NCBI RefSeq assembly: GCF_002105155.1
Contig: NW_019029000.1
Span: forward strand, 186,001 to 250,000
Length of the DNA: 64,000 bases
Direction: 5' to 3'
DNA from: Lobosporangium transversale
Lineage: Eukaryota
Part shown: one piece after another, positions 51,915-64,000 of the stretch
How positions within the stretch are numbered: the first letter of the stretch is position 1
Layout of the letters: each line of letters begins with the position of its first letter
Notes under the pieces: model-generated
Told to the model about the DNA's origin: nothing
Database searches by the model: none
Seen by the model: only the letters and a program-made list of their open reading frames with translations
Position numbers and translations under genes: made by a program

Positions 51915-54181
51915 CTACTCGCCCATTTGCATCCCAAACGACAATGCCACCCTAGCTGCCAATTCTCGCCTATCATTCTCCGACATAGCCTTGCCTTGCT
52001 CTATGTTTTGACAGAAAATTATAAAGATAGAAATATAAATTAGCAGAGTATATAATTGTAATACACTTTATTAAGGCCACGTGGTCATGTTGTTTATTTC
52101 ATTTATACAGATTGACTCATGCAATGTATGATTACGTATCATTACCTCGAAGTCCCTGTAGCGTGGCAATGGTCTGAGCCATTCCTTCTTCATCGTCAAT
52201 ATTGGCAAACAATGCTCTATGCATAGATCTGATAGATTCTTGGTTCGGTGTGGACATACCACGGACTGCCAGGATTGTAAATCAGAATCGTAAAAAAAAA
52301 AAATCCAGATGAGTCTTTGTGAGATGAATACCAGTCAAAGCCTTCCACATCAACCATATTAATCTTGCAGGTGCAACTATTTGCGCTTTTTACCTCCAAA
52401 ATTGATATCCAAGTCCTCCAACTCTTCGCCCCCAGGGCCTTCAGAGACAACAAAGTCACCAAATTCAAATTCTCCATCCTCATTCAGCTCAAATGATGAA
52501 AAATCCTTTTCCAATGAAGAGTCCAATTCCCCTGAAGACTCCTTGCCACCATACTCTGAGGATGTTGTGACAGAGTCATCAACTGGCTGTCCTAGAAACT
52601 TTTTAAATTGTCTCTCCAAAGTGCGGTCAATTAGGTCAGACCGTCCTGTTGAATCCTGACTTGACCAAAAGCTTAGCTCATCGCCTTCTAATTCCTTAAT
52701 CTCATGACCATCGGCTCCAAATTCGTCATCAAAACCATGATCATTGTTTTTACTGGCTCTATGCTCATCTGGGAATGACGAACTAACCCCTAAGCTTGAT
52801 TGCGAGGACGAAATACCTGGGCCAGGGACAGGTGCGGTAGGAGATGCAGATCGATTATGCATGTTAAGCTCCTGGAGAGCTCTAGAGAAAGCCTTGTCAT
52901 CACCCTCGTCTTCATCTTCACTATCATCATTGCCATCATAGTCCATTTCTTGTATGTCATCATGCAAGTTCAAGTCAGCTGCATCCAAGTTCATGAGACT
53001 CTTTCTCGATACACTGCCTCTCCATGATGAATCCATGTCTATGTCATCATCCCGGAACGACATCATCATACTACGATCGTGTTGTTCACGTTTCTTGCTA
53101 CTCTTTTTCTTTAATCCATCCCACATATGTGCCGCCAAGGCCTCCATAATTCGATCTAGGCCAACATGTTCATCTATTAAAAAGAATGCATACACGAAGG
53201 TAGTCGAATAGGGATGTTAGAAAAAGTAAAGGTAATTGGTGATTCTTTTTTTTTTTTTTTTTTTTTTTTTCTTACCGTGTGTCAAGTTGCTCGGTTGGTC
53301 CTCGAGATCAACGAATTCAAAGCCGTTACCGAGACACCATTCATCATAATCATCTACAACCTCCTCTCTTTCAGGAATGTTAAGCCTCTCCTCCTGATGA
53401 GGCGAAGGTTTTGGTGCTCCTGTTGCAACACATAGCGTGATAGAGGGTTCGTGTCTCTCAACGAACGCAAGCCATGGCTTTATATCGTAAAATGTTGACG
53501 GCTATGGGCATAATGGGTAGTGAATAATAGCGATAATAAAAAAAGATGTGATGTTAGTCGCAAATCAAAGGACAAAGAAACATGTGTTAAAAAAAAAGTC
53601 GATTTACCTCGTTTTTGGAAAAACAGAAGATGACAGCTTCCACAACTGCACCCATTTCGTCCAGCTCACCATCCTCGATCATCTTCTCCAGTTCAGCCTT
53701 CTTATGGGCCTCTGTTTCATCGATCCAAAAATCGACTTTGACTGAATAATACTTCGTGTCAATAGTCCAAGGGATTGTGACTCCGGAATGATCGGATTTC
53801 GGACGTGTAGGTGTGCTAGGTTGAGATTCTCTAATAGCACCAGTAGCAGAATTAACCCCATTTAATGAAAGCGGTTCTTTCCGTGGCAGCGGTGATGTAG
53901 GCGGTGATAAATTGTCATTATGTGCCGCAGTTATCGATGTTGAGTCTATAGCCATGTCATCTATGCTTTGATGTGTATTGTTTGGTGGCGTTGAAGTCGA
54001 GATACTCTGATTCAATGGTATTCCATGGTTATCTAAAATAGTCTCCTCCAGAGTTGGTACAGGAATAGCAGGTAGGATGAGTGGCGATGACGGTTTTGAC
54101 TTTGATACCGAAGTTGTAGGAACGAATCTCGATCCTAGGATGGCTGACACGATGAACACAATTGATGTTAAATTCGTTTTT

Positions 54182-54216
<35 letters not shown>

Positions 54217-54313
54217 ACCATTATAACATACACTGGACGAGCGAGAGTTTCCCCACGCCTCTTCTTCCAACCACAAGGATCTTATTCCGAGGCGGATTGT
54301 CTGAGGTGAGCAT
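51915..54313 (-). CDS. Alpha/gamma-adaptin-binding protein p34 (AAGAB/Irc6-like), about 6 exons
   Basis: N-terminal G-domain-like NKILVVGRRGVGKLSLVQ, IPWTIDTKYYSVKVDFWIDE, GLDRIMEALAAHMW, C-terminal EQGKAMSENDRRELAARVALSF. Confidence 0.85.
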
Positions 54314-54548
54314 GGTCAATTAGATTCAATGATGAATGAGACTTTATGAAGGTTGTTGAAGAGTTGTTTTGGGTTGGGGTTACGAAAGAAGTGAGCAAAT
54401 TAAACAAAAAAAAGTGGTTATTATGCATGGACACATTGGGCACATGGTCACAAAGTGTTAATTTAAAGTAATTCTTTATTTATTCTATATAGTTTCTCGC
54501 ACATCATACAGGTATCATCCATCAATAAAAAAAAAAAAAAAAGACAAG

Positions 54549-55997
54549 TTATACACTGGAGGCATCAATGATGTATCTAAAATAAGTGTCAGTCGATTAG
54601 TTAATAAGTTGTGGAGGCACGATCCATAGTTATTCGAATTGTTTCTCACAAAAGAAAAAACCTACCCCTTTTTAGTGACTACGCCTCGGCAGGTGATGAA
54701 TGCAGAGTACTTGAGCACAAAGTTAGGTACAAGGAACTCAGCTGCCACAGGCAAATAAGGTTTCAGCAACAATGCAAATGTTTCCTGTGGTAAAATGTTG
54801 GTCAAATCTCCATGGGTCAACAGCTCAATGCCCTCTTCTTTCGCATACTGGATCAGATCCTTGGGCAATACACAGCAATCCTGCAGATTAACTTGGTTCA
54901 CCTCTGGTGCAATCATCACTCCTTCAGGATCCGCTGCTGCCACCTCCTTTAGCACTTCAAGCTGTTGTTTTGAAAACTCTGCTACACCCAAACGACCAAT
55001 ACGACCTTCATTACGCAATAATGACAACTGCTTCCATACTGGTAATAACATTGTCTGGACTTCAGCTCTGAAGGATTCGAATTCAAGTGCATCAAGTCCA
55101 TTCTCGTCAAATACTTGATTAGGGAGTGCTAGAATGAAAGTATCCAATTTTATATCTGGGATTCCAAGAGAATATTCTAGATCTGTAAAAGCAACTCTCA
55201 AATAATCAACTGATAATGGTCTCCCTGTCCCTACTCCTGTTTCTGTTGCTGCTGGTGGTGATGTTGGTAATGATGAGAGGTAGAACATTTTGACTATTAT
55301 TATTATTATTATTTTTCAAAAAAGTGCTTGTTAGCTTGAGATGTAAAAATTTGTCCATTTTCATTCAAAGAATTAACAGCAATAAAGACACACCTGTGAT
55401 CTCATATGACGAGCGATCGGCTTCCAAGGGCCCTATGCTGGTTTCATCTCTAATTATGATGGAATTATTCTCAATGTGAGCGGTACTTAGTGAGTAATAC
55501 AAGGTGTCCTGGACCGCTGCAACCAGCTACATTTTGTATGACAAAAATAATGATTCTGTTAGTAATTATAATCACATCATTTCGCCCTTTCTCAAGCAAA
55601 CACCATTACTCAAAAACGAAGTTTCGTCACAATAAAGATCACCATCCCTTCATTCTTGAAAGAATATTTTAATAACAAACAAACAGTTACAAGAATCTCA
55701 CTTCAAAAATGAAATTTAAACATTGGCTATGACAATGTTGCCTCCTTTTTTCTCTCCTCACTCCAATTTCTTTCTTCATATCTTGCTCTTTACCTCTTGA
55801 TTCGACTTCTTAAGGTTTGTATTTAGTTGTCCTGTTGTCCCTGTGCGCATAGTGTTGCCGGTATAGAGTGTCAAATGTGAGAAATTGTGATTGGCGAATG
55901 CTGAAAGAGACGAAGAAGTAAGAACTGATCCATTGTTGTGTGTTTCTTCTCGCTTGCGCAGTTCGCCACTATGTGCTTCTGATGAAATTACAGCCAT
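54549..55997 (-). CDS. GCLM: Glutamate-cysteine ligase modifier subunit (aldo-keto reductase fold), 4 exons
   Basis: LTLYTGN, RSSYEIT|VKMFY, PVWKQLSLL...IGRLGVAEFS, PEVNQVNLQDCCVLPKDLIQYAKEEGIELLTHGD, VLKYSAFITCRGVVTKKG|YII. Confidence 0.88.
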
Positions 55998-56861
55998 GGC
56001 TTTAGATATTACTTTCTTTTAAGGATAGATTGTGGAATGAAGATAAAAGAAAAAAGAGGAAAGAAGACAAGAGAGAATTTTTTTATGAATCTAAGCCAAA
56101 AGTCATGTGACAAGAGTACCAGGGGAATCTTCTGAAGCCTAGTTTCAGATCATAAAAGGTGCCTGGACTCTTTTCCAATGTTGAATAAATCAAATGATTA
56201 AATAGGGCGATGATACCAAAAAAGAATCTTTGGGAAGCCGCGGCAAATGGCTCTTGTTTATAGCCGTTCCATAACTTCCTGAATCGGCGAACGAGTTCCA
56301 AAAACAATTCTTGCCTGTTCGGGTAGTAATTTCCAAGCGTCCTTATGGTTCTCATCTTTTATTTTATTTTATTTTTTTTAAAAAGAAAAAACAAATAAAT
56401 AAATAAAAAGATGAAGCAAAGTGCTTCTGATTGATCCATGAAGCACTCCGCTATACAGATTGATATTTGACATGGACTAAACTGTGTGACACATTCTCCT
56501 GGGAACAGATTATAAAGCAGATTGAATATTCAACTCGCTGCTTGTTTAAATTGTATTAAAATATGTTGTGATGAGAGACAATTCATGAAGTGCAGATCTT
56601 AGGATAGGGCCAATATCACAAAGGAAAAGAGGAGAAGGCTTCATTTACCAAATCTGAAAATTTCACGCACTCCCTCTCTCAATCATTTTCATTCAATTGA
56701 AAAAAAAAAAAAAAAACTCAAGCATGCAAAATCTTGAATCAAAATCAATATATATTTTTTCTCATAGCCTCAAGTTGCTATAATTGAATGCCTATCTTAT
56801 GAAAACAAGGGAGCTTTTGGACAATAATTCCCGGAATTTTTCTAGCCTTTTTATTTTATTT

Positions 56862-57104
56862 CTAAGCTGCCCCCCGGAGGTTCCTGAGTACATCGTTTTC
56901 ATTATCATCTTCATCATCAGAAATGTTCAACTCGCGCTCAAACAATGCAATATCCACATCCACATCTCCCTCCTCCATAAATGTAGCATCCGATTTGGCT
57001 AAGCTGTGGTCACGTTCGAAGAGTTGACGACCTATACAGAAAAATAAAGCAAAAAAAAAGTGTTTAAAAGCGATTTTAAACGTATGCAATGTAAGAGTTC
57101 GAGA

Positions 57105-57137
<33 letters not shown>

Positions 57138-58144
57138 TACCTGTAGGCTTCAACATCTTTGGATCTTCTTTCTTGGTTCCCTTCTCAATCCTCTCCTTCT
57201 CAGCCATCTCTGCATCGAACGCCGCTTTCCATTTCATGAATCCTTCCACTGTGACCTTGGTTCCGGCCTTCCGCCTTTCCTCCTCCTCCAATTCACGCCG
57301 TTCTCTTTCAAGTTCTTCTTCCACGCGTCTGGTTTTAATCTGTTGAACGATCTCTGTTAATGTATCCTTTGCAGTCGAGGCCATTGAGAAGACCATACCC
57401 ATGCCTATTGCTTCTTCCGCCTTATAGGAATGCAGGAAGAAATGAAAAGTACCAAATTATTATCAATGTTGTAAGTATATGGATGCCCTGAAAAATACAT
57501 GTAATCCTAAATCTCAAAACCTCTAAAAACACATTTCGTTACAACTCTCTTTTTTTTTTTTTTTTTTTTTTTTTGGGCACTCTCCAAGTATTACCGATTC
57601 AGTAACTTTCTTCATGATCGTATCAAAATTCTCTTGATCTAGTTTTCCTTCCTCCATGTCAATTGAAAAGTCGGGCAGCACATCAGGATATGTTTCTGTA
57701 TATTTGACATGCAATTTGATCGAATCTATCACAGAATTTGCAGAGTTAATTTGTTTAACTTAGTAACAATATAGCAGTATGAAGCAAAAAATAAAAAAAA
57801 TAAAAAATAAACAAATGCATCATTTATAAAGTGATATAGTGATAGACTTACAAGTGTTCTGGCCATCCTGTTCGTCAGAGACAATAAGGATTTTGAACTC
57901 GCCAGGGTCGGTAGAGATCTCTTCGTATTCATCAGGGTAGATGGATTGAAGTGCTTCTAATTCATTAGCCTGCTCCTCCTTGTAATCTATTTTCAACACA
58001 GGAATAATGTCGAAAGTGTATGTGAGCGCAGAATGTTGAATTGTCACTCACAATGTTTTATCGCCTTATGCCCTCTTGCTCCTTTTCCTCCTTCTTGCTG
58101 TAGTCTAGTTTTTTCTGATGTGAGCTGATTCCTGTACCTGTCAT
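56862..58144 (-). CDS. GIR2: RWD-domain protein GIR2/RWDD1 (DFRP2), about 5 exons
   Basis: MT|DYKEEQANELEALQSIYPDE, YTETYPDVLP, AIGMGMVFS, GTKVTVEGFMKWKAAF, KPTG|RQLFERD. Confidence 0.92.
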
Positions 58145-58332
58145 GGCGAGTTCTTGTCTAGTAATAAAAAAGGGTGAGAGGAATGCCTTTCAACTTCAAA
58201 AGCTCCAGCTCCATTGAGATCCAATGCCTAAGCCACACTGATTTGACAATTTGTATTCATTTCTTAATGAAAGTATATACATTAATACAGTAATACAAAT
58301 ATTTTAATAAAAAAATGACTCTATCCTTTTTT

Positions 58333-60718
58333 TTAAGCAGATTTATCATATGCAGCATCATGGACCTTCTGAGCACGTCCAGAAGGATCTGCAGGGCATC
58401 CCCAATCGCCACGAGGGATCCAACGGACTACAGACTCTGTGCATGCCTCCTGAGGGAACCATTGCTCAAAGATCTCGCGATACCAGTATGCCTCCTTGGT
58501 CTGGGGTGTATCCTTGGGCCATCTCTCTGCAGCTTTTACAAATTCTTCATCCGAGACCTTAGTCAAAGCAGTTTCCTTCAATGAGTCAATCCAACTGTAT
58601 CCAACACCATCTGAGAACTGCTCCTTCTGTCTCCACAGAATCGAATCGGGTAAATAAGGCTGAGCAGTGGGGTCATCCTTAGTATCAAATGCTCGACGAA
58701 GAATATACTTCTCCATTCGACCCTTACTCTTGGCCGACATCTTTTCTTCTGGATCAACATTCATAGCCACCTCCAAGAAGGCCTTGTCCAAGAAGGGCAC
58801 GCGAGCCTCTACACCCCATGCCATTGTTGATTTGTTGGCACGCAAGCAATCTGCATAGTGCAAATTCTTGACACGACTGACAGTCTCCTTGTGGAGCTCA
58901 GCAGCGCTAGGCGCAGCGTGGAAATAGAGATAGCCTCCAAAAATCTCGTCTGCACCCTCTCCAGAGAGAACCATCTTGACTCCCATGGCCTTGATCTTCC
59001 TGCTGAGAAGATACATGGGAGTAGAAGCACGGATCGTTGTGACATCATATGTCTCCAAGTGATAAACAACATCTGCGACGGCATCGAGACCTTCCTGAAC
59101 TGTGAAAGTGTACTCATGGTGAACTGTCTTCAAGTACTCTGCAGCAACACGGGCAGCGGCCAAATCAGGCGAGCCTTCCAAACCGATTGAGAATGAATGA
59201 AGTCTTGGCCATGAAGCAACTGCACTCTCGTCGACATCATCTCCGTCACGGTTCAATGGAGTTTGTCCATCAACGATCTTCTGGGTTTCTCTTGCAGCAA
59301 TCGAAGCAATCAAGCTGGAGTCGAGACCACCGCTGAGCAACACACCGTAGGGTACCTCGGACATCAATCTCTTGCGGACAGCCTTCTCCAAAGTTTCACG
59401 GATTAGTTGGTAGTCAACAGGGGAGGTTGGAATCTTTTCAGCATTCCACCAAGAAGGCTCAAAATAGCGTGTGGTCTCTCCAGTCTCTGAATCAAAGATA
59501 TGACCAGGGGGGAAGGCAAGGATGCGATCACACTCCTCATTCAGAGACTTCAATTCAGAGGCGAAGTAGATAGTGCCGGGTTGTTTGCTGTTCCAGCCCT
59601 GGTAAAGAGTAGTAATACCAATAGGATCACGAGCTGCCAAAATCCTGTTCTTCTTTGTGTCCAAGAGCACCCATGAGAACATACCATCGAGGTGCTTTAC
59701 GACATCAGCTCCGAGTTGTTTATACTGGAAAAAGTAACCAGATTCAAAATAAAGTAGAATATAGGTAGTTTATAAAGTTAGTAAATAGACCAGTATTCAA
59801 GAAAGTAGTATTAGAAGAACAGAGATTTTGTCATATAACATACAAGATGGAGAATGACTTCGCAGTCGGACTGGGTCTTGAAATGAGTGTCAGGGGGGCA
59901 CATCTTACGAAGAGCCTTGTGGTTATAAATCTCTCCATTGACTGACAAGATCAAGGATTCATCGTCGTTGGTCAAAGGTTGGGCACCAGAATCTAATTTG
60001 TTTGAAGAAAAGAAAAAAAAAAAGAAAAAAAAGAAATAGATCATTGATCAGTCGAACATTGTGATATGATAACTTTATCTTTTCTGTTTGACTGAGAGCG
60101 GAGCGCCGATTTCTTCCTCATTCTCCGGATCGAGTCATCAGTTTTTGCCTTTTTTCGAAAAATTCTCCGTGCACAAACTTTTTTTTTTTTTTTTTTTTTC
60201 TGCACCAGCCAGTCTGTCCCACATTAGATCCTCGTCGTGATAATTTTTCTTGTTCCAGCCTCAAAAGAATTTTATTGACGAGTGACTCACCAACACCAAC
60301 AATAGCTAAACGCTCGTGGCAAAGAATATGTTTGCCAGCAATAGTGCATCCACTCCAGTCGGGACCGCGGTGTCTGAGCCTAAATAGAAGTTGAGTAAGC
60401 AAAAAAGATGGATTAGAAAAACGAGTATTGTAAATCTACACCGCACAGTTGAAATGTTTGATCTAAAGCCCCTTTTTTGTTAATATTCTCTGATCCTTCA
60501 TTGTCGTTGTTGCCATCGAATCAATCATTAATTTCTGATCAGACCATAGTCTGATCTGGATAAATGGTGCCAATTTTTTAAGTTCCTGTTAAACTGTTGA
60601 ATGGTAGTCTGCTTATGCTCGCTTTGTAGGAGACTTACTTCTTCGAAAGAAATAGAGCACGCTGACGGAACTCAGCAGCGTTGCCAGGGAGGTTGTAAAC
60701 ACCAAAGATACCGCACAT
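58333..60718 (-). CDS. ASN1: Glutamine-dependent asparagine synthetase. Exons ~60718..60639, 60379..60291, ~59992..59844, ~59724..58333
   Basis: MCGIFG (Ntn Cys), [70 protein letters not shown]. Confidence 0.98.
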
Positions 60719-60907
60719 TGTCTTTTGCTACTGAGTGAGAAAAGAAGAGTAGGATATAGTTCTAAAGGAAGGAAGAGGCTTCAAGGATAACGACAGATAA
60801 ACGTGTCGAAGGAAAGAGAACTGAGGTGGGCAGCAAAGGTAAGGGGTGAACAGAGACAAAAAAAAAGTAAAAGAAAGAAGAAAAGTAAATGGAGGACTGT
60901 GAGAAGC

Positions 60908-61162
60908 CCTTTATAAAAATGGGAGGTCAGAAGTGATAAGAAAACAGAAACCATGACTCGAGGCATTATTTTGTTCTGATCTGTTTTGATCCGACCAATC
61001 GCCATTTTTCCCCTTTTCCGCACTCAAGGGGCAGAGGAATTTCAACTCAGCTTCATCAAACAAGGTGCCTGTCATGAATCAAAGGCTAAAAATTTCCTTT
61101 TGTTTATGACTTTGACTGCTCCAAATCAAAAAATAAATGACTAAAGCTTCGAGTCATGGTTT
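60908..61162 (-). promoter_or_regulatory. ASN1 promoter: TATA box plus inverted pair of Gcn4/CpcA-like TGACTC elements
   Basis: TATAAA on the minus strand at about 60910-60915. AAACCATGACTCGAGGC (60948-60964) and GCTTCGAGTCATGGTTT (61146-61162) are inverted copies matching at 16/17 positions. Confidence 0.55.
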
Positions 61163-63443
61163 TAAAACTTAAAATAGAAACAGAAAAGGCTAATTTCTCA
61201 AAATTCCTGTATTACATTTCTTCCTATTTTCTGAAGCTGCATGCAACAAGTGGGTCACAATAAACAGCAAAGCTCATTTCTCCAAAGCTCGCTATGCATC
61301 TAGAACAACTAATGCCCGTTTATTTTATGCACCAAAAAAAGGTATATAAAAAAAAAGTTGTGATAGGAAGGCTCAGCCATTGTTGTGCTGAATGGATGCT
61401 TGCACCTAGTCTACGTTCGCACCTGTTTTGGCGCAGGAACAGGAGCAGCCATGGTCCTTTGCAGTTTTACCTCATTAAAAAAAAAAAAAGGAAACGCGAT
61501 GTACACTCGAAACAGTTGTAGATCAAGCGATCGCAGAAATGTTCGATGTTGTAGAAGATCCTCATAAGTTCTCCCCTGAAGAACTTCGAATGCGACTTAA
61601 TGGCACTCACCTTTGCCTTGAGCATGTTGTGAAACTTAACACCAAGAAGACGGCTCTATTATCCGCCAACTCCATGTCTTAAGCATGACCACCGATATCA
61701 CTACAGTGATGTCTCCTTCGAATTCTTGTCGCGCGACTCTTAATCAAACATTCAATATTCAATGCATGGAGGATTAAACTCATCAGCGAGATGAACACAA
61801 ACAATGGCGGTGGCAGCACAAAATATATTCGTCCGTGATCAACGCGCGTTTGATGCAAGGGCCACTTTCGCAACCCGAGTTTAAAAATTAAGCTTTGGAT
61901 AGTAAAAAGTCCAATCAATGGACATGAAAAATGAATTAGCTGTGTTATTACTCGCTTCATTTGGAAGAAGTCAGTGAAGAGAGAAAAGGACATTGAAAGA
62001 TCAAAGCAGACTCAGATTGAAGTTGTAGGAAGAAGGAGAAGACAAAGGAGCATTGGACTATTGTGTAGCGGACGGTATGGAAGTATAAAATAGTGTTCAT
62101 TCGCGAAAAATCTGATTGCACCTGATGCATGACATAAATGAAGGAGTGTTTTTTGTGACAAAATATAAAAAACACGCATACTTTCCATTTAAAACATTAT
62201 GGAACTTTATTAGTCTATAGCACTATTGTTTGGATATCAAGCCTATCACCTTCTGCCAGTCCAATCACTTCAGCCACTTTCCAAAGCAGATCTTTATCAT
62301 CGAGTCTGATGGCACCAGAGCGGCCCAAGGCCAAGTATGTACATGAATAGCTGTGCCGGTGGCCTTACTGAATACTCTTGATCATGATTACGGCCGCCTG
62401 TAATTATACAACTCATTTGGGACTCAAAATCCTTTGATAGAGATACTAAAATAAATACCTTCGAGGATCTCGCAAGATTTCGGCCAAGGCGATATCCTTA
62501 CTTGAGTTGATGGAGAAGGATCCGCAATGATAGAATCCATTAGGTTGAGTGATGAAATATACTATATTTAAACTTTCGAACCAAGAGAAAAGCTTTGGAG
62601 CTCAGGCAACTCATTCCTAATGGAGCATTTGCCTACAATCTAAGCAATCCATTGCTTTGCCTATCCGTCTATGATCAGGGTTCTCTGAAGCACCCATTTA
62701 TGCTGATATAATAATACCTTTTATTTGCATATAATATGAGACGCCTGCACAGGACAAGCCTAGTTATTCATAAACCAAGATCAACACGAACCAACGAATT
62801 GGAACCCTTACTGCGTCAACAATCCTGTGTTTGTCATCTTTCGGACACCAATCTATCGAGCACTATAACTTGGCTGTCGAGAAATATGAAGACTTATTTT
62901 ATTTGCCTGGAAATAGGGGTCGTATAGCTGACCATGACGATCAAATGATAACTCGGCTTCGGTACTCATGTTCGTCTTCCTAGTGAAAGGCTATGTGAAG
63001 TCGAAAGAAGGCCGACTAGAGCTAATGCTGGTGATGAGTAATCCAACCATATGCTCAGATGCTGCATCTGTAGTTGACTCTGTCTTGACATGTCTTATTG
63101 ATGGGCTCCCTTGAAGGAGGAGACGTACTTGTCATCGAAGAACTCCAGAACTAATGTCAATATGGATACTACTGATAATGATGATGTCGCTCGATATGTC
63201 AACATTGCGTGCCTATTCGCCCACAGTGGTTATGAGTGTTCGAATGTGGGTGCAGGTCCTAACTAAGGTACCGGTTACGGCTGCGGGTAACTCTTGTGAA
63301 CGGTAATCGCTTGACCCCAGTCAGTTATTTTTCTAGACATTTAATCCACATGGTGGTGTTTACACTACGAAAAAACAATTTTATTTTTATTATCATAAAT
63401 ATAACTGCCTCTCACTTCCTAGTTTTTTTTTTTTTTTTGTTAA

Positions 63444-64000
63444 TCAAGGCCATTTCTCAGTCCAAACACCTCCTTCGATACTGTCTGTCCAGTCTTCCTT
63501 CATTTTCTCTAGGAATGCATCCTTCTCAACATACTTTTGGACAACCCATTCACTCAACTTTTCATCATCTTCAGGCAGATCTTCAATCTTATAACGTTTC
63601 ACATGTACATGAAATTTATATTCGGGTGACAGCTGGGCTGTGTGAACACGCACCAGATCTGGGGGTACGCCAAATCCTTTCGTCTTGTGGTAGTATGCGA
63701 ATGTGAAATCTAGTGGTAGTAAGGCACCGTATAGTAGCGGAACGAGTCGTTAACAATTAATCTGGAGTCAAAATCGATCGTTTTTTCAACATTAATAAAA
63801 AACCTCTGTCGATCCATTACCATAGATACATTTGACATGTGTGCCTCTAAACTTGTTGACACAGGCAATAAAACCCTTTGTTCTAGGCATCATGACATTC
63901 GACAGCAAGGGCAAACCGCGTGAGAGCATGAACTTTTGTGACGCAGCCAACTTGCTGGGTGTCAGACGTGAGCCCTCCAAGAAACTGGCCACCCAGACGG
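63444..64000 (-). CDS. PlsC-type lysophospholipid acyltransferase (LCLAT1/CST26-like), 3' part only. Exons >64000..63821, 63709..63444
   Basis: FLEGSRLT..KL..SQKF...GLPLLSNVMMPRTKGF, Y|DFTFAY, FHVHVKRYKIEDLP...WVVQKYVEKDAFL (Acyltransf_C-like). Confidence 0.9.

Noticed and set aside
56083..56355. 90-aa minus-strand ORF between GIR2 and GCLM
   Set aside because: No recognisable homology or other support. It lies in the expected GCLM promoter.
60085..60140. CTGAGA-containing GC-rich patch in ASN1 intron 2 as a TPP riboswitch
   Set aside because: Lacks the downstream GAACTTGAT/CAGCG core, and the gene is unrelated to thiamine.

Overview
Intron-rich fungal chromosomal DNA. The gene content and the 15-35 nt poly(A)/poly(T) and microsatellite tracts in most introns and spacers suggest an early-diverging fungus, probably Mortierellaceae (inference, not verified). 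I rebuilt 18 protein-coding genes by hand from splice signals: LRR-RhoGEF-PH (5' partial), Rtg3/MiT-type bHLH, HUT1-type UDP-sugar transporter, ACBP, mitochondrial carrier, MAPR/Dap1-type cytochrome b5-like protein, a Ser-rich unknown, a compact verprolin/WIP, an Azf1-like C2H2 factor, UPRT, Sec61-beta, Argonaute, CCDC90/DUF1640, a HAL-family kinase, AAGAB/p34, GCLM, GIR2/RWDD1 and asparagine synthetase. A partial PlsC-type acyltransferase and one tRNA-Ala(TGC) gene are also present. The most notable observations are: (1) an unexplained GC-rich, densely base-paired candidate RNA locus at 9.66-10.48 kb with a closed stem, a possible pseudoknot and a three-way junction; (2) a nested transposon cluster between Argonaute and the tRNA, including a poly(A) retro-insertion with a perfect 19-bp target-site duplication; (3) an Argonaute with an intact DEDH tetrad that appears to need two GC-AG introns; (4) a decayed D5-like virus/Polinton-type helicase fragment at about 30.3-30.56 kb; (5) repeated ATG-only first exons and micro-exons. 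All family calls rest on motifs recognised by eye. No searches or folding programs were run, and some exon boundaries are approximate.
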